A DNA stretch of 61,161 nucleotides, from IMG/VR virus record IMGVR_UViG_3300050343_000157, positions 1 through 61,161 of that record, one strand, 5' to 3'. A model generated the notes under the pieces. That model was not told where the DNA came from and ran no database searches. It saw only the letters and a program-made list of their open reading frames with translations. How positions within the stretch are numbered: the stretch's first letter is position 1; the number at the start of each line of letters is the position of its first letter. Positions 8,338 through 18,185 of the stretch are shown here, in pieces. Source of the DNA: a virus. Its lineage: Duplodnaviria; Caudoviricetes. The translations under genes and the position numbers were made by a program.

Positions 8338-11300
8338 TTAAAATTTTAATGTTTTCATTGAACTTTTCTTCTTTTTCTTTTTCTTTTTAGGTTTTTTCCA
8401 TTCTAATTCCCATTTACTCCAGCCTAAAATATTAGCAACACGCATCCAATCGGCATTTTCACTGTCTAAAGCGTCTTTTATATTTGTAATTTTTTTAATA
8501 CCTCTATCCACAGGTAAATTGGTGGTAGCACTTATTAATTGTCCAATAGCTAAATAAGCGGGATTATCTAAAGCAAATCCTTTTTCTTTTATTTCTTTTT
8601 TATTCCAATCAAACGTTCTTCCGGCAGATCTTACTTTTCTTATTTTAGAGGATACAGGAGGAGATAAATTTATTAATTCCAATGCGGAATCCTGCATGGG
8701 TTTATCATCAATAATTTTTAATATTGCATTTTTTAAAGTTGAAATTGCTGCGCCATGAAATCCAATTCCTCTTAATAACGAGTCAGCCATGCCATTAGCA
8801 ATATTTCCATATTTTTTTTCTTCTTTTTCATCATCGGCCTCATCTCCAAATGATAAAGCGAATAAAGCCTGTTGCAATGCATTAAATATAACGTTTTGTA
8901 CCATGCCATAATATAATATTTTTGATATATTACTTTTAGCATCCCCACGGCCGTTTTTAAGATCACTAGCCGCCCTTTGTATAATTCTAGCGTATTGCGC
9001 TGGTGTGTTTGCAAAAGCCAATATAATACGTCCTAATGGACCAGCTTGCTGTTGACTAATTCTATCAGGTCTACTTGATTGCTGGGATTCTTCTGCTATT
9101 TCTCTAAAATCTAAAAAAGCTTTTTCGCTAGCTTCTTTTTCAGACATACCATCTTTTACGTAGGAATTAATTCTGTTCCTATAAAAAGTAGCTCCGCCTG
9201 ACGCGATCGCAAAACTATCGGCTATTTGAGTTGGTAAAAATCCTAATTTTAAAACTTTGTTTATAAAAGCTTTTGCTTTATTGTTAGATTCAGCGGCAAT
9301 TTCAGCAATATCAGATTCATTAACATTTATTTTCAAGCCATTTCTTCTTTCAACTAAATAATTAGAATTCATTATATACATTACATCTTTCCAGTATTGG
9401 GGCTGGTTAGCAAACGCCGCAGATGCTTTAAACATATTATTGTCATTCCAATTTATAAAATTAACAGAAGATATAGTCTGTAACACTGCGGATCTCATAT
9501 TAAAAAACATTATAGCCCCCACAGAACCATTAAGCCAATCTACAAATCTAGATGTCAATCGGTCATTGCCAAATTTTCTATTGCTACCGGATTTCATACG
9601 CTCGAGCATGTTTTCTAAAGCCATTCTATAGCCCTTACCATACGCTGCCTCAAGTTTATTTAAATTAGCTTCATTAAATATTTCATCAGCATTTGTTTGC
9701 CATTTAGATAACGCTTCTTTTCTCGTTGTCGTATTTAATCCTTGTAATAAATCTGTTGATATTGTTCCCACAAGCCAATTTTTATCAGGTGCGGGGTACC
9801 CCTCTACATTAATAGCCGATAATTCATCAGCAAACTTTTTTAATTTCTCGTTTGATTCTATGTATTTATTTAATGTTTTATTATCTGCTATTGATAATCC
9901 TGGAACTTTTAAGCCTTGTTTTGTCCATACGTATGTTCTTAAAGCATCACTTACAGAATATGGCTCTCCAGGTATTTTTTTCTTTAATTCTTTTGGCGCT
10001 ATTTCAGCAATTTTTTTAATTTGATTATATTTTTCAGCTAAAACAACCCTAGCTTGTGATATAGCCACATTACCTTGCGCGAAAGGATCAAGCAAATTTT
10101 CTTTTATCCAAGCAAGATGTTTATTTCCCTCCTTGCCTTTGCCCACAAAGTATCTCGTTAATCCTTCAAAATCTTGAGCCGATGGAGGAATGCCAAGCAT
10201 ATCGTATTTACCTTTGTCTTCACCAACTATTGCGGCTTTTGATTGTCCGTATCTTTTTCTTGATTCAATTTTAGTAGAATTTTCTAAAATATCATTAAAC
10301 TCAATATCTAAGCTTTTCTTTTTATCGCTTTTGCTTAGTTTAGATTTTAAAGTTTTATAATTAGCACCTTTTCCTTTTTGTTTTCCAACAAGTCCAAGCT
10401 CTATCGTTCTTGTTAATGTTCTAATTCCGTCTTTAGACGACGTAGATTTCCACACGACTGTAGCCTTGCTATCGAAACCTAATTCCGCCATGTCTGGCGA
10501 ACCAAACATAGCAGCATCTCCATTGAGACTAATGATTTCACCAGAGTCTATAAAAACCATATACTCAACATCTACGCCTTTTTCTTTTCCTTTTTTAACA
10601 TAGAATTCCCTAACTAATTGGCCATTGTCTTTTATTATTTCTGATTTTGATCTAACAACTTCGAATAAAGTACTTATTTTAGCATTAATAACTTGTTGGC
10701 CATTTATTTCATTAGGAAATTTTATACTAGTTTCTTCAATTTGAATTTCATTTTCTTTGAAACCCATTCTTTTCAAATCTTCAATAATATTATTTTTAAT
10801 TTCTAAACTATAAGCGTTTAATTTGTTGACAGCTCCTTGCGGTAAAATACTGGTGTCAAGAATAACGAAGCTACCAGTTCTATCTGACGTTTTCATTTTA
10901 ACTTCAATGCCAAATTTTACCCCTTTATATTCTAACTCAACATCGACACCTGTGTCTCCAGTTTTTAACTGTTGTAAATCTTGTTTATTTAAAACTTTTA
11001 AACCTGGTAATATTTTTTCTAACTCTTGAGACAGAAATAATTCAGCGGCTTGGCCAGTTTTGTTTTTCATAAAAGCCATTGGATCAAAACTAGGATATTT
11101 CTTTTTTAATATATCAGCTTTAGTTATGAAGTTTTGTATAGCATCATTAACATCTATAGCGTTTTTTGAAAAATTAGATACTATTTTAAAAAATCCATCT
11201 GAATTTAACAATTCATTTAATTGTTTTTTCTTTTCTGATTTTGAAAATTTCTGGCCAATAACCCTTTCAATTTTTCGAACCACTACAGCTTGTTCATTTA

Positions 11301-14300
11301 TATTTAAACCAGCAATTTCAATAGCTGTAGGCGTCATATCAAATCCTAATTGCACAGCTAAACCTTTTGCTAAAGCATCTTTTCTTCCTCTAACTTTAAA
11401 AAATTCTTTAAATTGATCTTTAGTAGGTCGTAATCTATCATATAAATCAACACCTTGGGCTTCATTTTCAACAAACGCTCTTCCATCATCTCTGGCTTTT
11501 CTTATATCCGCTTGTTTTGTTAATCTTCTATTATACTTTGTAAATATTTTTTTGTCAGCCGGAACTAATTTTTCGGCTTGTATAAAAAATTGAATAGGCA
11601 TATGGTTAAGTATACCGGAGTATTCTCTATCTAAAAATGCATCAAAATCTTTCATTTCAGCTTTTACTTTTTTATAAAGATTTGAGCCGTAAGTTTTTAT
11701 TAAAAAATTTCTATACTTTTTATCGTCAATACTAACTTCACCTGATACTGCTGCTTCATAAACAACATCAAATATTTCTTGTGTTAATTCTGGTGTTACT
11801 ATAGAGGTATTTTCTTTTAACTGAGATTTTGGTATTGATTCTTCTGTCTGCAACAAACCTTGATCAACCATATCTTCTATAGATTGACTATCTGTATCTA
11901 CAACCTGTATAGTTGTAGTTTCTCCACCAACCTGCTTTTCTATCGATGTAGTTTTAATATCTTTTGCATATTGCTCTTTAACATCTAATAATGATTTATA
12001 TGCAATACCGCCAGTACCTTTGCCTTTGCTAGCACCATATATATAACTAAATAGACTTCTTTTATTTCCGTCTATTGTTGGTTTGTAATTTTTTAAAACT
12101 CTGTCAGTAATTCTTTCTCTTATTTTTCTAAGAGCTTCTGATTGTATTTCTTTAGGTAATCCTCCTAGGTTTTTATCAGCAGTTATTAAGTTACTTAAAT
12201 ACCCATCCAGTATTTGGTTTCCTTCAATTTCTTTGTAAACGCCCGATACAGCTTTATTATTTTTCTTAAAGTCATCTTGAGTTTTAATTTCTTCAGTAAT
12301 ATAACTATCCAAAGTAGCGGACATAGATGCCGTATTGACTGATTTCTTTTTAATTGTTTGTTTTTTATCGACTATTTCAACTCCATCTTGTGATGTAGTA
12401 ATTTCGTATTTTAATAATTTGTTTTTCTTATTAACGTTAGTATTAAAATTTCTAATAAAATCTACTATATCCTTACCTGTGTTTAATTCAATTTTTGATT
12501 TGCCAATTATATTATCAAAAGTATTTTTAAAAGATCTTTTAATGCCATCAATTTTACCTTCGTCTAAATTAATTTTTTGTTTAGATATTATATCTGAAAA
12601 TATAGTGAAATATTCCTCATTAGCACCATCTTTTAGTTTACCTGTTTTTTTATCAGTATAATTTTTTGTGATCCTACTTTCTATTTCTTTTAAAATTTGC
12701 GTTCCCTCTTCACTTTTATTTAAATAATCTTTGAAAGAGTCCACTAGAGGTTGCATTGATGCGTCATTAACTTTAAAAGACCTAGACATAACATAATGTA
12801 ATAACTCATGCCCTAATACATTTGTTGATTCTGCTTCGGCGACCGCTTTTTCATTAATGAATATTTTAGCCTTATCTCCTGATTCATCCAAAAACATACC
12901 CTCAGCCTTACCCATACCCTCTGGCAAGTTGCTTTCATTTACATAAGTTATATCTAAATCCTCTTTATTAACGCCTTTAAGTTTGTTAAATTTTTCAAAA
13001 ACAATTTCGCTATCTATAAATGCTTCAGAAAGTGTTCTATCAATTGCTGCGTCAATTTGACTAAATTCCATTATATCAGCATTTTGTTGATATTTTTTAT
13101 CAATTTCTTTTTTGACTTCTTCTTGATGTATTTTTGAGTATTTATCTGATCTTAAATCGCCTTGTGAGTTCCTTATAAAATCTAAATTTTCACCGTATTG
13201 TATTAACTCCGTTTTAGTTAAACCGTCAAATTTATTTTTTAATTTATTTTTATGTTCAATAGATTGAGCTTCAAGGTTTTTAATTTTGTTTTCAAAAATT
13301 TCTTTTTCTCTTTTTGTTGTAGCTATCTCTAAATCATCTTTAGCATTTACTATTTGTTGATTGATTTTTAAATCATCATTTTTCCAAGACGCTGGGGCAA
13401 CGTATTCATATAAAATGTCTTTATTCTGTGAAGTTTTAAATTGTGTTATTACAGATCCAGTTGAGTTTACAGGGCCTCCTAAAAAACCGCCAATAACAAA
13501 ACTATTAACCATGTTTTTAATATAGTTTGGATTTTCATCAAATAAAAGCTCATCACTTTTATCTTGAATAAAACTGTTTACAGCTTCAGTTGCACCTTCT
13601 TGCAAAAAACCTTTAGCTCCATCTGCAATTACTTTTGCTGTTGCGCCAAAAAATCCTCTTGTAAAATCTTCAATAGCTTTCTTTTTAGGCCCTTTTCCTA
13701 AATTTTTAACTTGCCCTAATCCCTTAAAAAATTTACCGCCAAAGTATTCTGTTGCCCACTCTGATCCACCTTTTATTAACGCAGAGCCATATAATTCAGA
13801 AGCGGTTGCTCCTGGCCTATTTTTTAAATTTTCTCTTAAATCATTTCCAGATGTAGATGCACCAAGCAATGCTCCGCCATATAATGGACTAGCGATTGCT
13901 AAAGCTAAAGATGGAGCAGAAAAAGCGGCTTGACTAGCTGCTAAATCCGCAGCATCACCAATTCTACCCTCTTTAATTAAATCCTGTACATCTAATACAT
14001 TTCCTTGATCGTTGTATTTTTTTACGCTTAAATCTTTTGCTTTATTTAAGCTTTCGTACATAGGCTGCAAATCTATTTTATCACCATGCTTTCTAGCCCA
14101 ATTACCTAACCCCTCATCAATGTTGTCAGCCAAAGAAATTGTAGTCATAAGATCTAGTGCACCACTAGGGCCGGTTGCGGCTACTACAGGAGATAAAAAT
14201 CCGTCAAAAAAATCTACTAATCCACCAGCAATTTCCCCAGCACCGATGGTTGCATTGTACATTTTTTCTTGAGCCCAATCTGGTAGAACTCCAAAAGCGG

Positions 14301-14547
14301 AATTCCCAGGCACAGCCCCCATGCTTTTAAATATAGCTTTTCTTTTAGCCGTGTCCCTATTCTCTAGAGTTTGAGATACTGATAAGTTATTTTCAAAATT
14401 AACTTTTTCATTTACAAGTTCTTGAGTCTTTGGATCTACGTTTAAAGTATTTTTAAACTCGATAATCTTATTTGTTAACTCTTCTTGTGTAATTGCAGGA
14501 TTTTGTAACTTAAGCTGTAAAGCGTATTGTTTTAATTCCTCCTCCAT
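8338..14547 (-). CDS. giant polyvalent internal virion/ejection protein: HExxH metallopeptidase-like motif, sigma-like segment, PD-(D/E)xK nuclease-like segment
   Basis: Gly/Ala-rich N-terminus; VLGHELLHY (about aa 580); GQAAE...GVDV...IEVK (about aa 1165-1215); lies after two ejection-type genes. Confidence 0.8.
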   Translation of the reverse strand: MEEELKQYALQLKLQNPAITQEELTNKIIEFKNTLNVDPKTQELVNEKVNFENNLSVSQTLENRDTAKRKAIFKSMGAVPGNSAFGVLPDWAQEKMYNATIGAGEIAGGLVDFFDGFLSPVVAATGPSGALDLMTTISLADNIDEGLGNWARKHGDKIDLQPMYESLNKAKDLSVKKYNDQGNVLDVQDLIKEGRIGDAADLAASQAAFSAPSLALAIASPLYGGALLGASTSGNDLRENLKNRPGATASELYGSALIKGGSEWATEYFGGKFFKGLGQVKNLGKGPKKKAIEDFTRGFFGATAKVIADGAKGFLQEGATEAVNSFIQDKSDELLFDENPNYIKNMVNSFVIGGFLGGPVNSTGSVITQFKTSQNKDILYEYVAPASWKNDDLKINQQIVNAKDDLEIATTKREKEIFENKIKNLEAQSIEHKNKLKNKFDGLTKTELIQYGENLDFIRNSQGDLRSDKYSKIHQEEVKKEIDKKYQQNADIMEFSQIDAAIDRTLSEAFIDSEIVFEKFNKLKGVNKEDLDITYVNESNLPEGMGKAEGMFLDESGDKAKIFINEKAVAEAESTNVLGHELLHYVMSRSFKVNDASMQPLVDSFKDYLNKSEEGTQILKEIESRITKNYTDKKTGKLKDGANEEYFTIFSDIISKQKINLDEGKIDGIKRSFKNTFDNIIGKSKIELNTGKDIVDFIRNFNTNVNKKNKLLKYEITTSQDGVEIVDKKQTIKKKSVNTASMSATLDSYITEEIKTQDDFKKNNKAVSGVYKEIEGNQILDGYLSNLITADKNLGGLPKEIQSEALRKIRERITDRVLKNYKPTIDGNKRSLFSYIYGASKGKGTGGIAYKSLLDVKEQYAKDIKTTSIEKQVGGETTTIQVVDTDSQSIEDMVDQGLLQTEESIPKSQLKENTSIVTPELTQEIFDVVYEAAVSGEVSIDDKKYRNFLIKTYGSNLYKKVKAEMKDFDAFLDREYSGILNHMPIQFFIQAEKLVPADKKIFTKYNRRLTKQADIRKARDDGRAFVENEAQGVDLYDRLRPTKDQFKEFFKVRGRKDALAKGLAVQLGFDMTPTAIEIAGLNINEQAVVVRKIERVIGQKFSKSEKKKQLNELLNSDGFFKIVSNFSKNAIDVNDAIQNFITKADILKKKYPSFDPMAFMKNKTGQAAELFLSQELEKILPGLKVLNKQDLQQLKTGDTGVDVELEYKGVKFGIEVKMKTSDRTGSFVILDTSILPQGAVNKLNAYSLEIKNNIIEDLKRMGFKENEIQIEETSIKFPNEINGQQVINAKISTLFEVVRSKSEIIKDNGQLVREFYVKKGKEKGVDVEYMVFIDSGEIISLNGDAAMFGSPDMAELGFDSKATVVWKSTSSKDGIRTLTRTIELGLVGKQKGKGANYKTLKSKLSKSDKKKSLDIEFNDILENSTKIESRKRYGQSKAAIVGEDKGKYDMLGIPPSAQDFEGLTRYFVGKGKEGNKHLAWIKENLLDPFAQGNVAISQARVVLAEKYNQIKKIAEIAPKELKKKIPGEPYSVSDALRTYVWTKQGLKVPGLSIADNKTLNKYIESNEKLKKFADELSAINVEGYPAPDKNWLVGTISTDLLQGLNTTTRKEALSKWQTNADEIFNEANLNKLEAAYGKGYRMALENMLERMKSGSNRKFGNDRLTSRFVDWLNGSVGAIMFFNMRSAVLQTISSVNFINWNDNNMFKASAAFANQPQYWKDVMYIMNSNYLVERRNGLKINVNESDIAEIAAESNNKAKAFINKVLKLGFLPTQIADSFAIASGGATFYRNRINSYVKDGMSEKEASEKAFLDFREIAEESQQSSRPDRISQQQAGPLGRIILAFANTPAQYARIIQRAASDLKNGRGDAKSNISKILYYGMVQNVIFNALQQALFALSFGDEADDEKEEKKYGNIANGMADSLLRGIGFHGAAISTLKNAILKIIDDKPMQDSALELINLSPPVSSKIRKVRSAGRTFDWNKKEIKEKGFALDNPAYLAIGQLISATTNLPVDRGIKKITNIKDALDSENADWMRVANILGWSKWELEWKKPKKKKKKKKSSMKTLKF

Positions 14548-16142
14548 TATATTATTGGTTTATTTTTATTATCCCATTGTAGGTTAAGCAGAGGGTATTT
14601 TTCTTTTAATTTTTTTTGTGCTTCTTGTATTTTTTTCATTTCTTTAGAACTATACGTAACACTCTCCTCAAAGCCAAGACCACTTTTAATAAGGCCAGAA
14701 ACTCCACCCTCTTTTTTGCCTAGACCGATACCACGTGCTGTATCTTTCAGGTCATCCGCATTGTAGGACTCCTGTTGTTTTTGCTTATTACCGGCGGTTT
14801 TTTCCCGCTGTTGTGTTTGCTCTAAGGCTGCTTGAACCGCTTGATTTGCTTCATCTTCAAATTGGCCATATGTTTGATTATTTCCCATAGGAATATCAGA
14901 TATTGCGTTATCACCAGCATATCCAGCTCCAATACCTAATCCTAAGGCCCGTATGTTATCTCCTGGCTTAGCATTTTCTCCAGTTGTTATACTAACATCT
15001 GTGATTGAGTTTGCTACGTCTTTTACAATAGGCGTAAAAGTGTATTCAAAATTTTGAGGGTTTTCAGCGTTTCCTATTCCGGCTACTTTTGTATTAAGCC
15101 CAGCTTTAGTTGCCGCTTGCCTAACAGCTATAAAGTTTTTAGGATCCGTGGCTAAAAGATTGTCTAAACTAGCTATATTGCCTTTATATGTTTCAAAATT
15201 ACCTGCTATTAAATTGTTTTTAAATGTTTGATTTGCTGTAAGCTGAGATGTTGGAGTTACAATAGGTTTATATGCAGGAATGCTATTTTTTATACTTATT
15301 TTTGTTTGCTCAACTATATAATCAGCAATAGCCTTGTCTCTTTTATTTTCAAATATTTTACGATCTTTTTTTGCAACTTTATTTAAATCATAACCAAAAG
15401 TTGACATGCCCTCTTTCTCTTTTATTTCATCAGATATTAGATTTTTCCAAATATAATCATTCTGCTCATTATCTAATATTGATTTGTTTTCTGTAATATA
15501 TCCTTTGGCAACAGTTTTTATATCTTCGTCTGTTAAATTACGCTTATTAATGTCTTGTTGAATTTGTAACTTTTTTAATAAGTTATTAGAAATATTATTA
15601 ACTAGACCAGAGCTATAGTCGCTTGTCCCAGAAATTTTATTTGCATTATTAAAAGCAATAGCAATATCGCTTAGCCCGTATTTTCCAATTTTTATATCAT
15701 CAGAATCGAAAGAAGGTTTAATTTTTCCGCCTGCAAGCATTGCTATTGTTGTTTTCATTTCTTCAGGAACATTTTCATAATCTTCGTAATTTTGAATGAT
15801 TTCATTCATATTTCCCAAACCAGAAGCGTGCAATTGTATTGTTTGATCAATTTTTGCTCTTTCAACAGCGTCCATATCTTCATAATTAATACCTCTATCA
15901 ACTATGCCTGAATAATAATTTATGGCAGTTTGCTGTAGCTCTATAGGCAAATTTTTAGCAATATTAGTAATACTTGTAATATCACTTGCTTTCATTCCTT
16001 CTACAATCTCTTCTCTTTTTTCTTTCTCTGCTTTATCTGCGTCTATTTGCGATTTTACATTGCTAAAAGCTTTTTGGAATGCCTTGTCAAAAGCACCCAC
16101 ATCTTCTACAATGCCGTAATATGTTGGATTCCTATAACTCAT
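14547..16142 (-). CDS. putative internal virion protein (531 aa)
   Basis: Position in the three-gene ejection cluster; helical composition. Confidence 0.6.
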   Translation of the reverse strand: MSYRNPTYYGIVEDVGAFDKAFQKAFSNVKSQIDADKAEKEKREEIVEGMKASDITSITNIAKNLPIELQQTAINYYSGIVDRGINYEDMDAVERAKIDQTIQLHASGLGNMNEIIQNYEDYENVPEEMKTTIAMLAGGKIKPSFDSDDIKIGKYGLSDIAIAFNNANKISGTSDYSSGLVNNISNNLLKKLQIQQDINKRNLTDEDIKTVAKGYITENKSILDNEQNDYIWKNLISDEIKEKEGMSTFGYDLNKVAKKDRKIFENKRDKAIADYIVEQTKISIKNSIPAYKPIVTPTSQLTANQTFKNNLIAGNFETYKGNIASLDNLLATDPKNFIAVRQAATKAGLNTKVAGIGNAENPQNFEYTFTPIVKDVANSITDVSITTGENAKPGDNIRALGLGIGAGYAGDNAISDIPMGNNQTYGQFEDEANQAVQAALEQTQQREKTAGNKQKQQESYNADDLKDTARGIGLGKKEGGVSGLIKSGLGFEESVTYSSKEMKKIQEAQKKLKEKYPLLNLQWDNKNKPII

Positions 16143-16153
16143 ATTCTATTTTT

Positions 16154-16858
16154 TTAATTATCTATTGTATCAAGCATACCCCCTACATCATTTCCTCCAC
16201 CAAATAATCCAAATCCTTTTGTGCCAATTGCTAAACCACCAAATGTTCCTAAAGCACTACCAAAAGCAGAATTTGCTTGTGAACTGTAAGCCGCGCTTCT
16301 TTGTCTGGCCCCAGCAGCTTGTGCTGAAACTCTATCAAGCTGCTCTGATTGTCTTCTTTCCCTTGCCCCAAACTCAAAAGCAGCGCCTTGTGCTTCCGCG
16401 CCTTGGACTCTTCCTGCTTCACTCATTCTTAACTGTTGCATTCTTTGTTCACCTTGGGCTCGTAACCTCATGTTTTGGGCCTCTTGCTTTTCTATTGTTG
16501 CAGACACACCTTGTTTACTTCGTAAAGCTGCTTGTGCTAATGCTGTAGCGCCACCTGCACTTGCCCCTGTTGCTCTTAATGTATCTAATGTGTTTGCCAA
16601 AGATAAGTCCGCTTGTTCTGCCTGTATTTCAGCAGCTTTAGTTGCAACTTGTAAATTAGAAAAAGGGTTTGTTACCATGCTACTTAAATCCTTGATATTT
16701 TCGTAAGGATTTATTATCTCTTGTCTAGTGGCTTCTAAACCTCTTAATCTTTTTTCATACTTTTCTTGCTCCTCTCTTGCTCTTCTGGCTTTTTTTCTAG
16801 CGCCAAAACCAGAAAATAAACTACTAGCAAGACCGATGCCTAAAGTTAATGGATCCAT
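16154..16858 (-). CDS. putative DNA ejection/pilot protein
   Basis: Hydrophobic Gly-rich termini and Ala/Gln-rich coiled coil. Confidence 0.65.
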   Translation of the reverse strand: MDPLTLGIGLASSLFSGFGARKKARRAREEQEKYEKRLRGLEATRQEIINPYENIKDLSSMVTNPFSNLQVATKAAEIQAEQADLSLANTLDTLRATGASAGGATALAQAALRSKQGVSATIEKQEAQNMRLRAQGEQRMQQLRMSEAGRVQGAEAQGAAFEFGARERRQSEQLDRVSAQAAGARQRSAAYSSQANSAFGSALGTFGGLAIGTKGFGLFGGGNDVGGMLDTIDN

Positions 16859-16913
16859 ATTATATATTTTTTATTATTTCATTAGTTTTTTACGAGTTCC
16901 AATCAAATGTTTA

Positions 16914-18156
16914 TTATGAAACCTCAGATGATACAGCAAATAATTCTTTTTTATTTGTTTCAGCTGTATCTGTGTTTAAAGTTACATTCATATAAAACCC
17001 TTTGACACCACTTATTTGTTCTCCAAATATTATTTCGTTTTCTTTAACAACAGAACTATTTCTTAAAAAGTTTTGATATTTATTGTCTTTTTTATTGAAT
17101 ATATTACCGCCTATTAAATTAAAATCATATGATGAATAATACTTTGCAATATTTTTTGCTGAATCAGTAAAGTCTAAATCATCTAAATTTGTTTTTATAT
17201 TTGATGCCGACCAACCCGCGCTGCCTTCGTATGATAAAGTTTTGAATGTTTTAGAAACAGACGGTTGCTCATTTAACACTAATTCTATATTTGAATTATT
17301 AGCAACAGGTGAATAAAATTTATTATAATTGCTAGTTTGATAATGTTCCCATAAAGTTGTTTCTTTAAATGTGTAAAACATATTGTTTAAACTAAACCCA
17401 GCTTCAGGGTAATACGTATAAAAACTTGACCACCCTTTTGCCCCTTCATCAAATGCTAAAGTATAATTTGAGCTACTATTGATACTTACTATATAATGAT
17501 CTTTTACATCATCATATGTACCAACTATTTTTGTTGCATCTTTTAAATTATCTTTAAACCAATCGCGCATACCATTAAATGATATTTCTGTTATACCATC
17601 TCTCCACCTGATAATCTTAATATTGACATCCTCTTTTTTTGTCTGCAAAATATTTTCTATTTCCTCTAACCGCAAAGCTTTCTGGGTTTTTACTTATTCC
17701 ATATTTGCCAGCATAAGGTATAATTGCACCAATAAATAATTTAGATGTAGCCGATATTGGCCTGCCTTCAGCAGTAAAAATAAAATCTTTATCAACGGGT
17801 GCTCTGTTAATTTTATCTTCCTGGAGTATTATAAGATTGGTGTCCTCTGCATGCAATTTTTGTATACTACCATTTGCATTATCAACAGCCTTGGTAATTT
17901 CAGCGCCTATTGGAAATTGATTTAAATTATTTACACCTGTTTTAGAGTTATATAAGCCTGAAAATATCATTGCATTTTTTCTTCTTTCATTTGCATAATT
18001 TTCATCTACTAGGTATGCTCTAACACCTAAATCCATTATAGTATTATTAAAACCACCTTTTATTCTTGATTCTTCTATATGCCAATTCCTATTTGTCGAT
18101 ATAGAGCTTTTTAAAACGATCGCATTAAAATATGCTATTTCTTTAGTAACGCCCAT
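16914..18156 (-). CDS. tail stabilization/muzzle-type protein C-terminal part, interrupted by a frameshift near 17600-17630
   Basis: 179-aa and 253-aa ORFs join as ...YFADKKRG-(S)ILRLS-RDGITEIS...; contains YGISKNPESFA. Confidence 0.7.
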
Positions 18157-18162
18157 AATATT

Positions 18163-18172
18163 TAATTACATG
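18163..18172 (-). promoter_or_regulatory. putative late promoter core
   Basis: CATGTAATTA, 6 nt upstream of ATG 18156. Confidence 0.5.
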
Positions 18173-18185
18173 TTTTTACATTTCC

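Noticed and set aside
8338-14547. crAss-type virion RNA polymerase
   Set aside because: No DFDID/DxDGD catalytic motif found by eye
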